Positions 31,058 to 41,908 are shown, numbered from the stretch's first letter. The stretch is DNA of 64,000 bases from an uncultured Gammaproteobacteria bacterium (GCA_964465205.1 CAYXJO010000008.1:2164-66163); one strand, 5' to 3'. Translations and numbers: made by a program. The notes: generated from the letters alone by a model not told the origin.

Positions 31058-31208
31058 ATGCCTCTATTATACCTTCGGTGAAATTACGTCGGGGTTCACA
31101 AATGAAAAATTTATTTTTCATTTGGCTCACCCCTAGTAATTATAGCACAAACCCGCCAAAAAAACTTCCTGGCGGGTTGTAAAAGTTTTGTTTTTTGGCT
31201 AAAACTGG

Positions 31209-31382
31209 CTATTTGCGCAGTCTCTTACCCTTTTTTTCATCAGACACAGTCAATTTCTTGCGTCCTTTGGAACGACGACGAGCCAACACGGCACGACCTT
31301 GCTTGGTGTGCATGCGGGCACGAAAGCCATGAGTGCGCGCGCGTTTTCTCTTTTTTGGTTGATAAGTTCGCTTAGTTGCCAT
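31209..31382 (-). CDS. rpmH: 50S ribosomal protein L34
   Basis: KRTYQP...HGFRARM...RRRSKGR. Confidence 0.97.
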   Translation of the reverse strand: MATKRTYQPKKRKRARTHGFRARMHTKQGRAVLARRRSKGRKKLTVSDEKKGKRLRK

Positions 31383-31455
31383 ATATATCAAAATTATTGT
31401 TTAATAATCAAACGGAATATTACACCAGTCGTTCGAATTTGTCAACCACCTGTAC

Positions 31456-31486
31456 TTATCCACAATCTCTCCACAGTTTGTTCACA
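31456..31486. promoter_or_regulatory. DnaA boxes upstream of dnaA
   Basis: TTATCCACA 31456-31464 plus two degenerate boxes. Confidence 0.7.
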
Positions 31487-31593
31487 AATCACTTTTTGTG
31501 GCCCATGGTCGCCGCAAAACACATGTGTTAGAATATCCATTGCTAATCTAAAATTAAATAAAAAACGAATTTATCTCTCCAGATAAAATCGAA

Positions 31594-33000
31594 ATGCTTA
31601 TGACTAACCACGAAATTTGGCAAGCAGTGTTAGCCGAACTAGAACTCTCTATCTCCAAGGCGAGTTTTGTTACTTGGTTCAAAGACACTGGTATTGCTTC
31701 TTTTCAGGATGGGGTGGTGTTGGTTTGCGTCCCAAATCAATTCTATCTGTCTTGGATCCAACAAAAATATCACCAAATGATACTGAAATCTCTAGAACGT
31801 ATTAGTGGTAAGCCAATTAAAAAGCTGGAGTATAAAGTAGAAAACATAAAAAATATCTCTACCCAAGCCCCGGTGTTGTCACCTGTCACCACCGAACCAC
31901 AGTTGGAATCACAAACCGAATCATTACCGGTGTCAGCTTACAATCAGTCTGTCCAAAGAAATTGTGGCGGCTTCACTCTCAACTCAAAATATACTTTTGG
32001 TAGTTTTGTGGTGGGCAAAGGATCAGAGTTGGCTTTTGCCGCCGCCCAAGCAGTCGTCAACAAGCCGGGAGAGGCCTACAACCCACTATTTATTTATGGT
32101 GGTGTGGGTTTGGGAAAAACCCACCTACTCCAAGCTATTGGTAATGAACTACTCAACCGCAACCCCAATACAACCATAATGTATGTCAGTGCCGAAAGGT
32201 TCTCGAATGATTTTATCACCTCAATCAAAGACGGTACGGCCAAAGAATTTCAAAACCGCTATCGTAACATTGACCTACTATTAATAGACGACATTCAATT
32301 TATCGCGGGCAAAGACCGCTCCCAAGAATCATTTTTCCACACCTTCAATGAGCTACACCAAGCCAACAAACAAGTAATTCTTACTTCCGACCGCCCACCC
32401 AAAGCCATTCCGGCATTGGAAGATCGTCTCAAATCTCGTTTTGAGTGGGGCATGATTGTGGATGTGGCACCACCAGATTACGAAACCAGAGTGGCTATTT
32501 TACAAAAAAAATGCGCAGAAAAAGGTTTCAACTTGGAACAAAAATCCATTGAAGCCATAGCTAGCGCGGTACAGACAAACATCCGTGAGCTCGAAGGTTC
32601 ACTCAACAAGATAATTGCCTACCATCAGTTGAAAAACATTGGTCCGACCCCAGAAACAATTAAATCTCTATTATCCAGCGCCGAATCTGCCGGCATGAAA
32701 CACTCGGTTACACCCAAACAACTAATTGACGCGGTTAGTGATTTCTACAGCATTGCCGCCGACGACATCTTGGGCAAAAGCCGTGAGAAAAAATTGTCTG
32801 CTCCACGCCAAATTATTATGTACCTCATGCGTGAAGATCTAAAAATGTCTTATCCGGCCATTGGCGAAGAGTTGGGCGGCCGTGACCACACCACCGCTAT
32901 GCACGCTCACACCAAGGTACGTAGTGATATCGAAAACGATCCTAAGCTCCGTCAAGAAATCGATAATATCAAACAAAAATTATATATTAACAATGTATAG
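31594..33000 (+). CDS. dnaA: Chromosomal replication initiator
   Basis: YNPLFIYGGVGLGKTHL, LLIDDIQF, GGRDHTT. Confidence 0.98.
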   Translation: MLMTNHEIWQAVLAELELSISKASFVTWFKDTGIASFQDGVVLVCVPNQFYLSWIQQKYHQMILKSLERISGKPIKKLEYKVENIKNISTQAPVLSPVTTEPQLESQTESLPVSAYNQSVQRNCGGFTLNSKYTFGSFVVGKGSELAFAAAQAVVNKPGEAYNPLFIYGGVGLGKTHLLQAIGNELLNRNPNTTIMYVSAERFSNDFITSIKDGTAKEFQNRYRNIDLLLIDDIQFIAGKDRSQESFFHTFNELHQANKQVILTSDRPPKAIPALEDRLKSRFEWGMIVDVAPPDYETRVAILQKKCAEKGFNLEQKSIEAIASAVQTNIRELEGSLNKIIAYHQLKNIGPTPETIKSLLSSAESAGMKHSVTPKQLIDAVSDFYSIAADDILGKSREKKLSAPRQIIMYLMREDLKMSYPAIGEELGGRDHTTAMHAHTKVRSDIENDPKLRQEIDNIKQKLYINNV

Positions 33001-33288
33001 ATTAAATAAATTTTGTTGATAGACTGTTGATAAACATCTCGACGCTTGTGAATAAAGTAAAAAAATTGTCCACAAATAATCCCCAAAACAGAAAAGATAT
33101 ACACAACCAAAGTTCGTTGCTCGGAGTTTTCCCCACCTCTGCCACTTGCGCCCCCATAGTCTATCAACACCAAAAAAATGTTTTCTACCCCGAATTCATT
33201 AAACAAAAAACACTTGTCCCCTCTGTCCACACCCCTTATTGTTACTAATCTATTTATATATAAATATATAACGATATAATAAGACACT
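33001..33288. other. Probable oriC (dnaA-dnaN intergenic)
   Basis: DnaA boxes (TGTGAATAA 33047, TTGTCCACA 33066, CTGTCCACA ~33223), then CCCC, DnaA-trio-like TATTGTTACTAA and an AT-only tract. By eye the + strand goes from C-rich to G-rich around here. Confidence 0.75.
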
Positions 33289-34410
33289 ATGAAATTCTCA
33301 TGCACAAAGGAGAAATTGGCTAAAGCCCTCTCCCTTACAATTGGGGTGGCAAACAAAAGTGTGAACTTACCAATTTTGGGTAATGTACTAATCCGAGCCG
33401 AAATTCAAAAAGTTGAAATTGTCGCCAACAATTTAGAGATGGCTATCATTGCCAATCTTCCGGCCAAAACCGAAACCGCCGGATCGTTTACTGTCCCGGC
33501 CCGCACCCTCGCGGACTTTGTAGCCCTCCTACCAGATGAAAAAATTGAGATAGAGTTAAAAGAAAACGAACTTGCTGTCACCTGTGGTAAATCATCGACC
33601 AAAATTAAAGGGTCACCAGCCGAAGAATTTCCAATGGTGCCAAAACTAGAAGAAGGTAAAGGTTTTACTATCAAAACCGACGATTTTAAAAGAGGTTTGT
33701 CACAAGTTTTGCCGGCAGTAGCCCGCAACGACATCCGCCCCGAATTATCCGGCATTTGTTTTAATTTTAACAGCGAGTATTTTGCTGGTTTGGTCATGGC
33801 CGCCACCGACAGCTATCGCTTAGCAGAAAAACGTATCAAATTGTCCCAGGGCGCAGAACAAGTGCGCATCATAGTGCCCGGGCGTACCGCGCAAGAAATA
33901 GGGCATGTTTTGGCCCAAGCAGATGGTGACCAGAGTGAGGGTGTGCGTGTGTTAATCGGTGAAAACCAAGTTGCGGTAAATTATGACAGCGTTCAACTTG
34001 TTTCTCGTTTGGTGGACGGTCAATATCCGGACTATACCCAAATTATTCCCAAAGACTTCAAAACCACCGCAGTGTTCCCAACTAACAACATGATGAAAGA
34101 AATAAAAGCCGCTAGTTTGTTTACGACCAGCGGTGTGAACGCGGTATCGTTGGATTTGAATGTTTCACAGGGCACCTTGGGGGTGTCATCCACCTCCACC
34201 CAAACCGGTGAGTACACATCAGAGATTAACGCCGAGCTTACTGGCGAAGAAAATTCTATTCTACTCAACCACCGCTATGTGATTGATGGTCTCAACAATA
34301 TCACTACCGACATTACCACCCTCAAAGTAATCAATGGCGATAGTCCGTGTTTGTTTGCTCCACAAGGAGATGAAACATATTTGTATATTGTCATGCCCAT
34401 CAGACAATAA
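33289..34410 (+). CDS. dnaN: DNA polymerase III beta clamp
   Basis: ATDSYRL, SRLVDGQYPDY, YIVMP. Confidence 0.97.
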   Translation: MKFSCTKEKLAKALSLTIGVANKSVNLPILGNVLIRAEIQKVEIVANNLEMAIIANLPAKTETAGSFTVPARTLADFVALLPDEKIEIELKENELAVTCGKSSTKIKGSPAEEFPMVPKLEEGKGFTIKTDDFKRGLSQVLPAVARNDIRPELSGICFNFNSEYFAGLVMAATDSYRLAEKRIKLSQGAEQVRIIVPGRTAQEIGHVLAQADGDQSEGVRVLIGENQVAVNYDSVQLVSRLVDGQYPDYTQIIPKDFKTTAVFPTNNMMKEIKAASLFTTSGVNAVSLDLNVSQGTLGVSSTSTQTGEYTSEINAELTGEENSILLNHRYVIDGLNNITTDITTLKVINGDSPCLFAPQGDETYLYIVMPIRQ

Positions 34411-34418
34411 TTTTGTAT

Positions 34419-34452
34419 AATTAAAAAACACCTTGCGAGGTGTTTTTTAATT
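34419..34452. terminator. Bidirectional terminator between dnaN and the PBP gene
   Basis: AATTAAAAAACACCT-tgcg-AGGTGTTTTTTAATT. Confidence 0.8.
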
Positions 34453-34461
34453 GGTTGTATT

Positions 34462-37323
34462 TTATTTTACCACCACTTCCATGGTGCGCTCGCTTGTGCC
34501 GCCAGACTTTCCGGTTGTTATTGTTTTGAGTGTGTATGTCCCCGCACCCGGATAGTTTTTCCAGATAAAATTTAGTTTTCCGTTTTCGTCCAATTTTTCA
34601 TCTTGTGGTCGGAAGGTATAAATTAGTTTGTTGACCCCACTGCCGATTAAAAACACTTTGATATCTTTGCAGTCCAAATAGCGATACGGCGTAATGTACA
34701 TAGTACGCGGGAAATCATTTTTAGTGATACTTATCATCATACCATCTGCCCAATCAGCACTGGCCGCGTCGTCTGGTACATCAAAGTTTATTTTAATACT
34801 GGCTTCACCGCGTATTCCTTGTTCGTCTTCGGCTTGCGCCAACAAAACATGTTCGCCGCGGTGAAAATTGTTGGCAACCACACTCAAATCAAATGGGTAA
34901 GCGGCGGATACGCCTATGCTTTTTCCATCCAAATAATAATACACCTTTGATATTCCGCGTGGAGCAGTAGCACGCACCGAAATATCCAATTGTTTGGAGT
35001 TTAATTTTATACCATCGGTAGGCGACACAAACTCTACTTGTGGAATTTGTTCTGAAGAAAAAGTAGAGTCATCCAACGCCGCGGGAGGCTCCTGTAGGGA
35101 CATTATGTGTCCGGCCAGGTTCAACCGCGCCACCCAGCTTTTTAAAGCTGTCTCCCAGTTGTCGTATTGCGGATCGTCTGATGGGTTGGTTGGCATCTCT
35201 CCTCTGGGGTCACTACGTTTCACATAAAAAAGAATATCATGAGGCGGTAAATATGTTCGTTCTTCTTGTACCCCAGGTGGAGTGGACGAAGTGGCGATTT
35301 TTCCGTTTAATTTGTTGATCATTAGTTTTATGCCACCATCAGATCCACGCAGTACCGGTTTGGTGGCGTCGTTGGCTGGTGGGGTAGGAAACTGTTCAGC
35401 CTGTGTGCCTTTGAGTGATTCACTCATAAAACGATTCCAGATTTTGCCAGCCAATGTGTTGCCACCACCTTTCATAGGAGCGGGGTTGGTGTTGCCCACC
35501 CACACACCCGCAGCTAGTGATGGTGTGTATCCCATGGTCCAAGCATCCTTGTTGTTGTTGGTGGTACCGGTTTTGGCGGCTACTGGTCTATCTGACAGTG
35601 CCAGAGTACTACCCCGCCCGAAAATATAGGCGCGAGCGGCATCGTCGGACAAAACATTACTAATAGTGGCCGCGAGCTCTGGTTTGATGGCCTCCGTACC
35701 ATCGCCGGGCTTCCATTCGTACAACACATCGTTGGTAGAGTTGGTTACTTTTAAAAGCGACACTGGTTCGTGGTATAAACCATTATTGGCTAAGGTCGCA
35801 TAAGCATTGGTGTGTTCGAGCAAGTTTACTTCCGAACCACCCAACACCATACTTAGTCCGGCATCTTCTTTTAGAGTGGTGTAACCAAATCTTTTGGCAA
35901 AATCAATTGTTTCTTTTACGCCGACCAGATACAGTGCTTTCACAGCTGGAATGTTGAGTGAACCTTGTAAGGCGGTGCGAATAGTTACTAAACCACGTTC
36001 TTTGCCATCATAATTTTTGGGAGTGTAATCTCCGCCGGCACGCATATCAAAGTTAGTGGTGACATCATATAATACTGTTTCGGGTGTATAGCCTTTTTCA
36101 AAAGCGGCGGTGTAAACAAAGGGTTTGAATGATGACCCGGGCTGGCGCAAACCAAGCACCGCAACATTGAATTGGCCATCAATTTCATCGTTATTGAAGT
36201 CGCGTGAACCCACCATAGAAAGTACCTGGGCAGTTTTGGGGTCAATGGCTACCAATGCCGCATTGTTGGCATTCGCTTCTTTGGCGAACTTGTCTCCCAG
36301 TTCTTTCACTGCTGTCTCAGCAATTTTTTGTTTGTCATAATCCAAAGTGGTGATCACTTTTAGTCCACCAGTATCAATGGTTTTTTCACCAAATTGATCA
36401 GCCAGCAATTGTTTCACATACAAAACAAAGTGCGGTGCGTCCATAATTCCACCACTACGATAAATACGCAAGGCTTCGTTTTGGGCGGTGGTTTTTTCGT
36501 CCACCGTGATGATGCCTTGGTTGGCCATGAGGGCGAGAACAGTGTCGCGACGCATTCGTAGGGTATCCAAATTGTTTAGATACCTGGTTGGAGCCTGAAT
36601 TAAGGCGGCGAGAGCGGCCGACTCACCCAAACTTAGATCCTTGGCGTTTTTATGAAAATAACTTTGTGCCGCCGCTTCTACACCGTAGTTGGTTGATCCG
36701 TATGGCACCTCATTCAAATACATTTTTAAAATATCGTCTTTGGTGTATTTTTTTTCGAGACGCAACGCCAAAATCGCTTCTTTGATTTTGCGGAAATAGC
36801 TATGCTCGTCACCGATGATGGTGTTCTTGATGAGCTGTTGGGTAATAGTCGAGGCGCCACCGCCCCCCGATCGTCTGCCCAAAATATTATTGATACCTGC
36901 ACGTAAAATACTGAGCGGGCTCACTCCTTTGTGATTATAGAAATTTTTATCTTCTATTGCCACTACAGCCTTGGGGACCCATGGTGACATTTGGTCTAGA
37001 CCAATTAGTGTGCGTTTTTTGTCTTGATAAATTTCGTAAAGTAAGTGAGTACCAGTACGATCGTAAATTTTGGTACTTTGAGCCACCTGTCGGTCCACTA
37101 GTTTATTTGGGTCGGGTAAGTCGCGACTAATGAGTGCTACTGCGATTGTTCCACCCACAAAACCGGTCGCACCCAACGCTAAAAGTGTCAGGATTATCGG
37201 CTTGACCCAACTTCTTTTGAATTTGAAACGAAAACGCGGCCGGTGTGGGCGCGGTGGAGTGGGGTGTTGCTCCGGGTTGTGGTCAATTTTACCGTACGTA
37301 CGAGATAGATGTGGTATGGGCAT
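34462..37323 (-). CDS. Class A penicillin-binding protein (PBP1A family) with C-terminal Ig-like domain
   Basis: EDKNFYNH, GASTITQQ, RKIKE; SSFK, SLN, KTGT. Confidence 0.93.
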   Translation of the reverse strand: MPIPHLSRTYGKIDHNPEQHPTPPRPHRPRFRFKFKRSWVKPIILTLLALGATGFVGGTIAVALISRDLPDPNKLVDRQVAQSTKIYDRTGTHLLYEIYQDKKRTLIGLDQMSPWVPKAVVAIEDKNFYNHKGVSPLSILRAGINNILGRRSGGGGASTITQQLIKNTIIGDEHSYFRKIKEAILALRLEKKYTKDDILKMYLNEVPYGSTNYGVEAAAQSYFHKNAKDLSLGESAALAALIQAPTRYLNNLDTLRMRRDTVLALMANQGIITVDEKTTAQNEALRIYRSGGIMDAPHFVLYVKQLLADQFGEKTIDTGGLKVITTLDYDKQKIAETAVKELGDKFAKEANANNAALVAIDPKTAQVLSMVGSRDFNNDEIDGQFNVAVLGLRQPGSSFKPFVYTAAFEKGYTPETVLYDVTTNFDMRAGGDYTPKNYDGKERGLVTIRTALQGSLNIPAVKALYLVGVKETIDFAKRFGYTTLKEDAGLSMVLGGSEVNLLEHTNAYATLANNGLYHEPVSLLKVTNSTNDVLYEWKPGDGTEAIKPELAATISNVLSDDAARAYIFGRGSTLALSDRPVAAKTGTTNNNKDAWTMGYTPSLAAGVWVGNTNPAPMKGGGNTLAGKIWNRFMSESLKGTQAEQFPTPPANDATKPVLRGSDGGIKLMINKLNGKIATSSTPPGVQEERTYLPPHDILFYVKRSDPRGEMPTNPSDDPQYDNWETALKSWVARLNLAGHIMSLQEPPAALDDSTFSSEQIPQVEFVSPTDGIKLNSKQLDISVRATAPRGISKVYYYLDGKSIGVSAAYPFDLSVVANNFHRGEHVLLAQAEDEQGIRGEASIKINFDVPDDAASADWADGMMISITKNDFPRTMYITPYRYLDCKDIKVFLIGSGVNKLIYTFRPQDEKLDENGKLNFIWKNYPGAGTYTLKTITTGKSGGTSERTMEVVVK

Positions 37324-37445
37324 ATGTTTGTGTCAGTATTATACCTCAACTTTTTATACTTGACAAAAATACCATTTTGTGGTATCCTATTGTGTTATAA
37401 AGCGAGAGTATCTTGTAATAAGGTACTCTTTTAAATTAACCCATT

Positions 37446-38015
37446 ATGCGCTTTGTTAAGCCAAAATTAGACCAAAAAATTATGAAGAAAACCTTACAAA
37501 TTATCGCCTTTTTGGCTGTAATTAGCCAAATGCTTGTGCCCTTCGGGGCTTGGGCAGCTGGTGATAGTGTTTTGGCTACTATTAGCCAAAATGAGCCTCA
37601 CTATGATGATTTGACACTAAAAGAGGCCCCGGGAGGCCGCTTGGTGATGCCGCACATGGCTGTGGCCAACGCCGATCAACCGGACCGTGTGGTAAAAGCG
37701 GTTATTACCGCCTATACTTCTACGCCGGATCAGACTGATGACAGTCCGGACATCGCGGCTTGGGGTGACCACGTGTATGATGGTATGATTGCCGCCAACT
37801 GGTTGCCACGTGGTACTAAAGTGAAGATTCCGTCTTTGTTTGGTGATAAAATCTTTACCGTGGCCGACCGCATGAACCCTCGTTATGGTTTTGGTCGTAT
37901 CGACATTTGGTTTGATGCCACTAAATCCGAAGCCCGCAAGTTCGGTGTAAAACGTGCTGATCTGGAAATCTATTACCCAGAAAAGCCGAATACAGAATTG
38001 GCGATGGCTAAATAA
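37446..38015 (+). CDS. Secreted 3D-domain protein
   Basis: TAYTS..QTD...PRGTKV...VADRM...RIDIW. Confidence 0.8.
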   Translation: MRFVKPKLDQKIMKKTLQIIAFLAVISQMLVPFGAWAAGDSVLATISQNEPHYDDLTLKEAPGGRLVMPHMAVANADQPDRVVKAVITAYTSTPDQTDDSPDIAAWGDHVYDGMIAANWLPRGTKVKIPSLFGDKIFTVADRMNPRYGFGRIDIWFDATKSEARKFGVKRADLEIYYPEKPNTELAMAK

Positions 38016-38071
38016 TACTATAAATAAAACAAAAACACCCTGGCTCAAGTCGGGGTGTTTTTAATTGGGCT

Positions 38072-39580
38072 TTATTCCTTCCCCCGATATTGTATCGCCT
38101 CGGCAACATGCGTGAGCGCGATATTTTCTTCACCAGCGAGATCGGCAATGGTACGTGCCACTTTTAATATACGATGATACGCACGTGCGGATAGGTGCAT
38201 TTGGGCGACGGCGTTACGCATTAGTTCCATTGAGGCAGCATCCAGTTTACAAAATTCTTTCATTTGCGCATTACCCATTTCACTGTTCGTAAAAATATTG
38301 TGCTCAACAAAACGACGTGATTGTATGGCGCGCGCTTCTTCTACGCGTGTGCGGATTTTTTCGGACGATTCCGCCAGTTCGGTCGCTGATAATTTTTCGA
38401 ATTCCACGCGCGGCACTTCGACATGCAGGTCAATCCGGTCGAGCAGGGGTCCGCTAATTTTTTTCTGATAACGTAAAATTTGTTGCATGGTACAGATACA
38501 TTGTTTGTCGCTGTCGCCACTGAATCCGCACGGGCATGGATTTTGTGAGACCACCAGAATGAAGCGTGCCGGGAAGGTGGTGTTACCGCTCGCGCGTGCC
38601 ACGTTCACAATACCATCCTCGAGCGGTTGGCGCAGCGCTTCGACTACGAAACGAGAAAATTCCGGGAACTCGTCTAAGAACAATACGCCGCGGTGCGCCA
38701 AAGAAATTTCACCTGGTCGGGGGATGCGACCACCTCCAACCAGCGCCGCCGCGCTACCAGTGTGGTGCGGTGCACGAAATGGTCGCGTGCGGAATAGACT
38801 GTTTTGCAATAATCCAGCCACAGAATAAATTTTGGTTACTTCCAATATTTCTTCAGTACTAAGTGGTGGCAGAATCGAAGGCAGGGTGCGCGCGAGTAGT
38901 GTCTTGCCAGATCCGGGCGGTCCGGACATGGCGATATTGTGTCCGCCAGCCGCCGCTATTTCAAGTGCGCGTTTGGCAAATTCTTGGCCCTTGATCATAC
39001 CCATGTCCAAATCATAGCTGGGGTCGACAGTATCATTAGTAGTGGGTTTTATGTGAGGTGTTATGAGAGCAACTCCGGCTAGATGAGCCATGATTTGTTT
39101 TAGACTCTCCACTGGATAAATATTTAGTCCAGTGATCAGCGCTGCTTCGTCGGCGTTCGCGCTAGGTACAAAGATTTCTTTTAGCCCTCTTTTTTTAGCG
39201 AAGATTGCAAGCGAAAGAACCCCATTCACTCGGCGTACGCTTCCATCAAGTGCTAATTCGCCAATTATTAGCGCGCGGTCTATGTGTATGTCTAAGTGAT
39301 TGCTAGCTGCGATTAGCCCCACCGCCATGGGCAGATCATAAATTGGTCCTTCTTTATGTAAATCAGCTGGCGCCAGATTGATCAAAATTCGGAAATTGAA
39401 TGGATAATCAAAACCCGAATTCTTGAGCGCACTGTGAATGCGGTCGCGTGCTTCTTGAATAGCTGTATCAGCTAGACCGACCACATTGAAGGCGGTCTGT
39501 CCGCGATTTACATCCACTTCAACATCGACCGGAACACAATCGAGGCCGACTGGGGCGGCGGAGTTTAGTTTAAAAAACAT
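38072..39580 (-). CDS. comM: YifB/ComM Mg-chelatase-like AAA+ ATPase
   Basis: NLAPAD, GPPGSGKT, LAHRGVLFLDE, NPCPCG, SGPLLDRID. Confidence 0.92.
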   Translation of the reverse strand: MFFKLNSAAPVGLDCVPVDVEVDVNRGQTAFNVVGLADTAIQEARDRIHSALKNSGFDYPFNFRILINLAPADLHKEGPIYDLPMAVGLIAASNHLDIHIDRALIIGELALDGSVRRVNGVLSLAIFAKKRGLKEIFVPSANADEAALITGLNIYPVESLKQIMAHLAGVALITPHIKPTTNDTVDPSYDLDMGMIKGQEFAKRALEIAAAGGHNIAMSGPPGSGKTLLARTLPSILPPLSTEEILEVTKIYSVAGLLQNSLFRTRPFRAPHHTGSAAALVGGGRIPRPGEISLAHRGVLFLDEFPEFSRFVVEALRQPLEDGIVNVARASGNTTFPARFILVVSQNPCPCGFSGDSDKQCICTMQQILRYQKKISGPLLDRIDLHVEVPRVEFEKLSATELAESSEKIRTRVEEARAIQSRRFVEHNIFTNSEMGNAQMKEFCKLDAASMELMRNAVAQMHLSARAYHRILKVARTIADLAGEENIALTHVAEAIQYRGKE

Positions 39581-39676
39581 AAATCATCAAGTGATAATGA
39601 GCATTGGGAACAGAAGGGGTTTTTTGAGACGAAGTGATGAAGGATCTAGAAGGTATCCGTCGTGTCTAGGGTCGAA

Positions 39677-40444
39677 CTAATTAGCCCCCTCTTGTTGGCA
39701 TCTGGTTATTTTAACCTCTTTTGTCGCATCCGAACAATGGAAGTAACTTCCCGCAGAGGTTGCCACAGGGGTAATATAGGCTTTATTGGGACGGTATTTA
39801 GAGGGTGTTTCATATGGTACTTCCAGCTCAACGTTGCCATTTTGATTTTGCGTGCTATCAACAATGCCCGGCCGTAAAGATGTTATAAAATGTTTTATTT
39901 CATCGGTTGCCATGACGATTTTAAATTTAACGTTTGAACCAGAGTCACAAGCTTCCAGGGATTTAATTTTTGCATCAACAACGCAATTGGGCACCGTCTT
40001 TAAAAAATTATCTCCAAATATTTCTTCAGGCTCAATATTGTAAAGTGTGAAAAATATATTTTTATAACTTGTGCTATTTGTTGGTCCGCAGATGTGTATC
40101 TTCATTTTAATGTCTGATTGTTGGTAAATACCACCCCAGTCGCCTCCGCATAAGGTCTTATCGCTCTCTCCCAAGTTTTCAGTTTTGTTCCAGCCGCCGT
40201 TTTTTAATTGGTTCTTATAATATTCATGGACATTGCCACTGTGTGTTTCGTATGTTATGTAGGTGGCCCCGGAGTCATCCTTTTTCATCCCTATTAACAT
40301 AGAACCAGGAAACAGGAAAGATTGATCTCTGTTTGGACGACTATCGTTTTTGTTGTAGTTTTTACAGTTTATCAATATCAAAATGAATACAGCAGCTAGA
40401 ATGAATATGCCGATTATTGCAGAGCCGGCCACCTTTTTAGTCAT
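39677..40444 (-). CDS. Membrane-anchored hypothetical protein
   Basis: N-terminal TM helix, 255-aa ORF. Confidence 0.6.
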   Translation of the reverse strand: MTKKVAGSAIIGIFILAAVFILILINCKNYNKNDSRPNRDQSFLFPGSMLIGMKKDDSGATYITYETHSGNVHEYYKNQLKNGGWNKTENLGESDKTLCGGDWGGIYQQSDIKMKIHICGPTNSTSYKNIFFTLYNIEPEEIFGDNFLKTVPNCVVDAKIKSLEACDSGSNVKFKIVMATDEIKHFITSLRPGIVDSTQNQNGNVELEVPYETPSKYRPNKAYITPVATSAGSYFHCSDATKEVKITRCQQEGAN

Positions 40445-40461
40445 ATTATTTGATTTAGTAT

Positions 40462-40920
40462 TTAGATTTTATAAACACCCCTTTTAATAATCTGGTACAA
40501 GTATAACACAAATCCGACGACGATTAAAACATCGGCGATATTGATAATAGAAGTAAGTACGAGCAAGTAGTCAATTGTGTGGCCGTGAATTATTCGGTCG
40601 ATAAAATTGGAAATCGCGCCGGTGAAAATAAACGACAAAGCAAAAATTTTCCAATGATTATTTACATCACTTTGTCCCACCAGCATTAGATAAATCACAA
40701 AAGCGAGGATTGCGAGAGTTAGCGCCAGAGTCAGGGTGTTTGGGACCGGAATACCAAAACCAATGCCTGGGTTGAGAAATGGTTGCCAACCAAAAAAGTG
40801 ACCGGCCAAATTGGGGCGACTCCAACTGTGGGTGGCTAAGTGTTTTAGCCATCTATCTAAAAATAAAAAAAGTCCGTTTACTACGATCGCCGTAAGCAAA
40901 AGGACTTTTTTGTTTGGCAT
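40462..40920 (-). CDS. lspA: Signal peptidase II
   Basis: NPGIGFG, GAISNFIDR, IDY, NIAD. Confidence 0.88.
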   Translation of the reverse strand: MPNKKVLLLTAIVVNGLFLFLDRWLKHLATHSWSRPNLAGHFFGWQPFLNPGIGFGIPVPNTLTLALTLAILAFVIYLMLVGQSDVNNHWKIFALSFIFTGAISNFIDRIIHGHTIDYLLVLTSIINIADVLIVVGFVLYLYQIIKRGVYKI

Positions 40921-40921
40921 A

Positions 40922-41317
40922 TTACAGTTCTTGAGTGATGGTTTTTTTGCATTCTACACAAGCCGAAGAAGTCGGTCGTGCTATTAGCCTTTTCTCTTCA
41001 ATTGGTTTTTTGCAATACTTGCAAATTCCGTAAGTACCCTTTTCGATATTGGTGAGCGCCTTGTTTACATCGCGCAAAGTTTTTTCCAAGTTGCCTTCAA
41101 TTGATAAGTTAGTCGCATACTCGGCCACCTCGTTGGCGTTTTCGTCTTCTTTATCGCCATAATCAGGAAACTTGCTATCATAATCATCGGTCACGTGAGG
41201 ATTTTTCTCCGTGAACAGTCCGAGCTCTTTTTCTAGGCGTTCTTTTTCTTGAATTAAACCATTTTTGATTTTTGCTAGTGCTTCTGCAGAAACAGCAGCC
41301 TGTGTTTGTTTAGCCAT
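40922..41317 (-). CDS. DksA/TraR C4 zinc-finger protein
   Basis: GTYGICKYC...I...RL.ARP...CVEC. Confidence 0.9.
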   Translation of the reverse strand: MAKQTQAAVSAEALAKIKNGLIQEKERLEKELGLFTEKNPHVTDDYDSKFPDYGDKEDENANEVAEYATNLSIEGNLEKTLRDVNKALTNIEKGTYGICKYCKKPIEEKRLIARPTSSACVECKKTITQEL

Positions 41318-41859
41318 AACAGCTAATTAGTTGGATAAATTATGTCTATAGTGTAGCAAATTTTGCTTAGATTAGTCAAGCCAAGCCCGGGCGGGCCCAC
41401 CTGATTAATTCTGGGTAAACAAAAAAGACGAGTTGTACCTCATGAAATATAATTTTAAAGGTTGCTCGTCTTTTTTCACTAAATAAGACGAGGGTTTTGC
41501 CCCAGCGAGGCTGGAGCTAGACGATGTCGCTTAAGTAGTGTTGGATACACCTACCGCTTAGTGGCAGGGCCTCGGCGCCAGCCGTCTCATACGATCGGGC
41601 TAGTAAGAAGTGAGCTAGGCTCACAAGGAGGATGCCGTGAAAGAAGTTAAGCGAATCCGCCTCTATTTCATTTTTTAATTTGATAGTGGTGGACTAACTT
41701 CTTTTTATAGTATTCCGCTTATTAGTTTTCGGAATGATGAAGCAGTGATTGTGTATATACTTGTGTAAAGAGCCCGCTTTCCAAATTACGTCATAGTTTT
41801 TACCTCACATTATTAAGTATAGCACAAAATAGAAGTTTTGTCAAGGGGGTGGCATTTTT

Positions 41860-41908
41860 GGCTAATTTTAGACAAAAAATCGGTAAAAAGGCTAATTTTA
41901 GACAAAAA
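41860..41908. repeat. 19-bp direct repeat with 30-bp period
   Basis: GGCTAATTTTAGACAAAAA at 41860-41878 and 41890-41908. Confidence 0.8.

Noticed and set aside
29898-34410. Absence of yidC and recF-gyrB around rpmH-dnaA-dnaN
   Set aside because: Rearrangement of this block is common in reduced genomes; the genes may lie elsewhere
41421-41810. RNase P RNA, tmRNA or SRP RNA
   Set aside because: No GAGGAAAGTCC, tRNA-like ends or SRP helix-8 motif found on either strand
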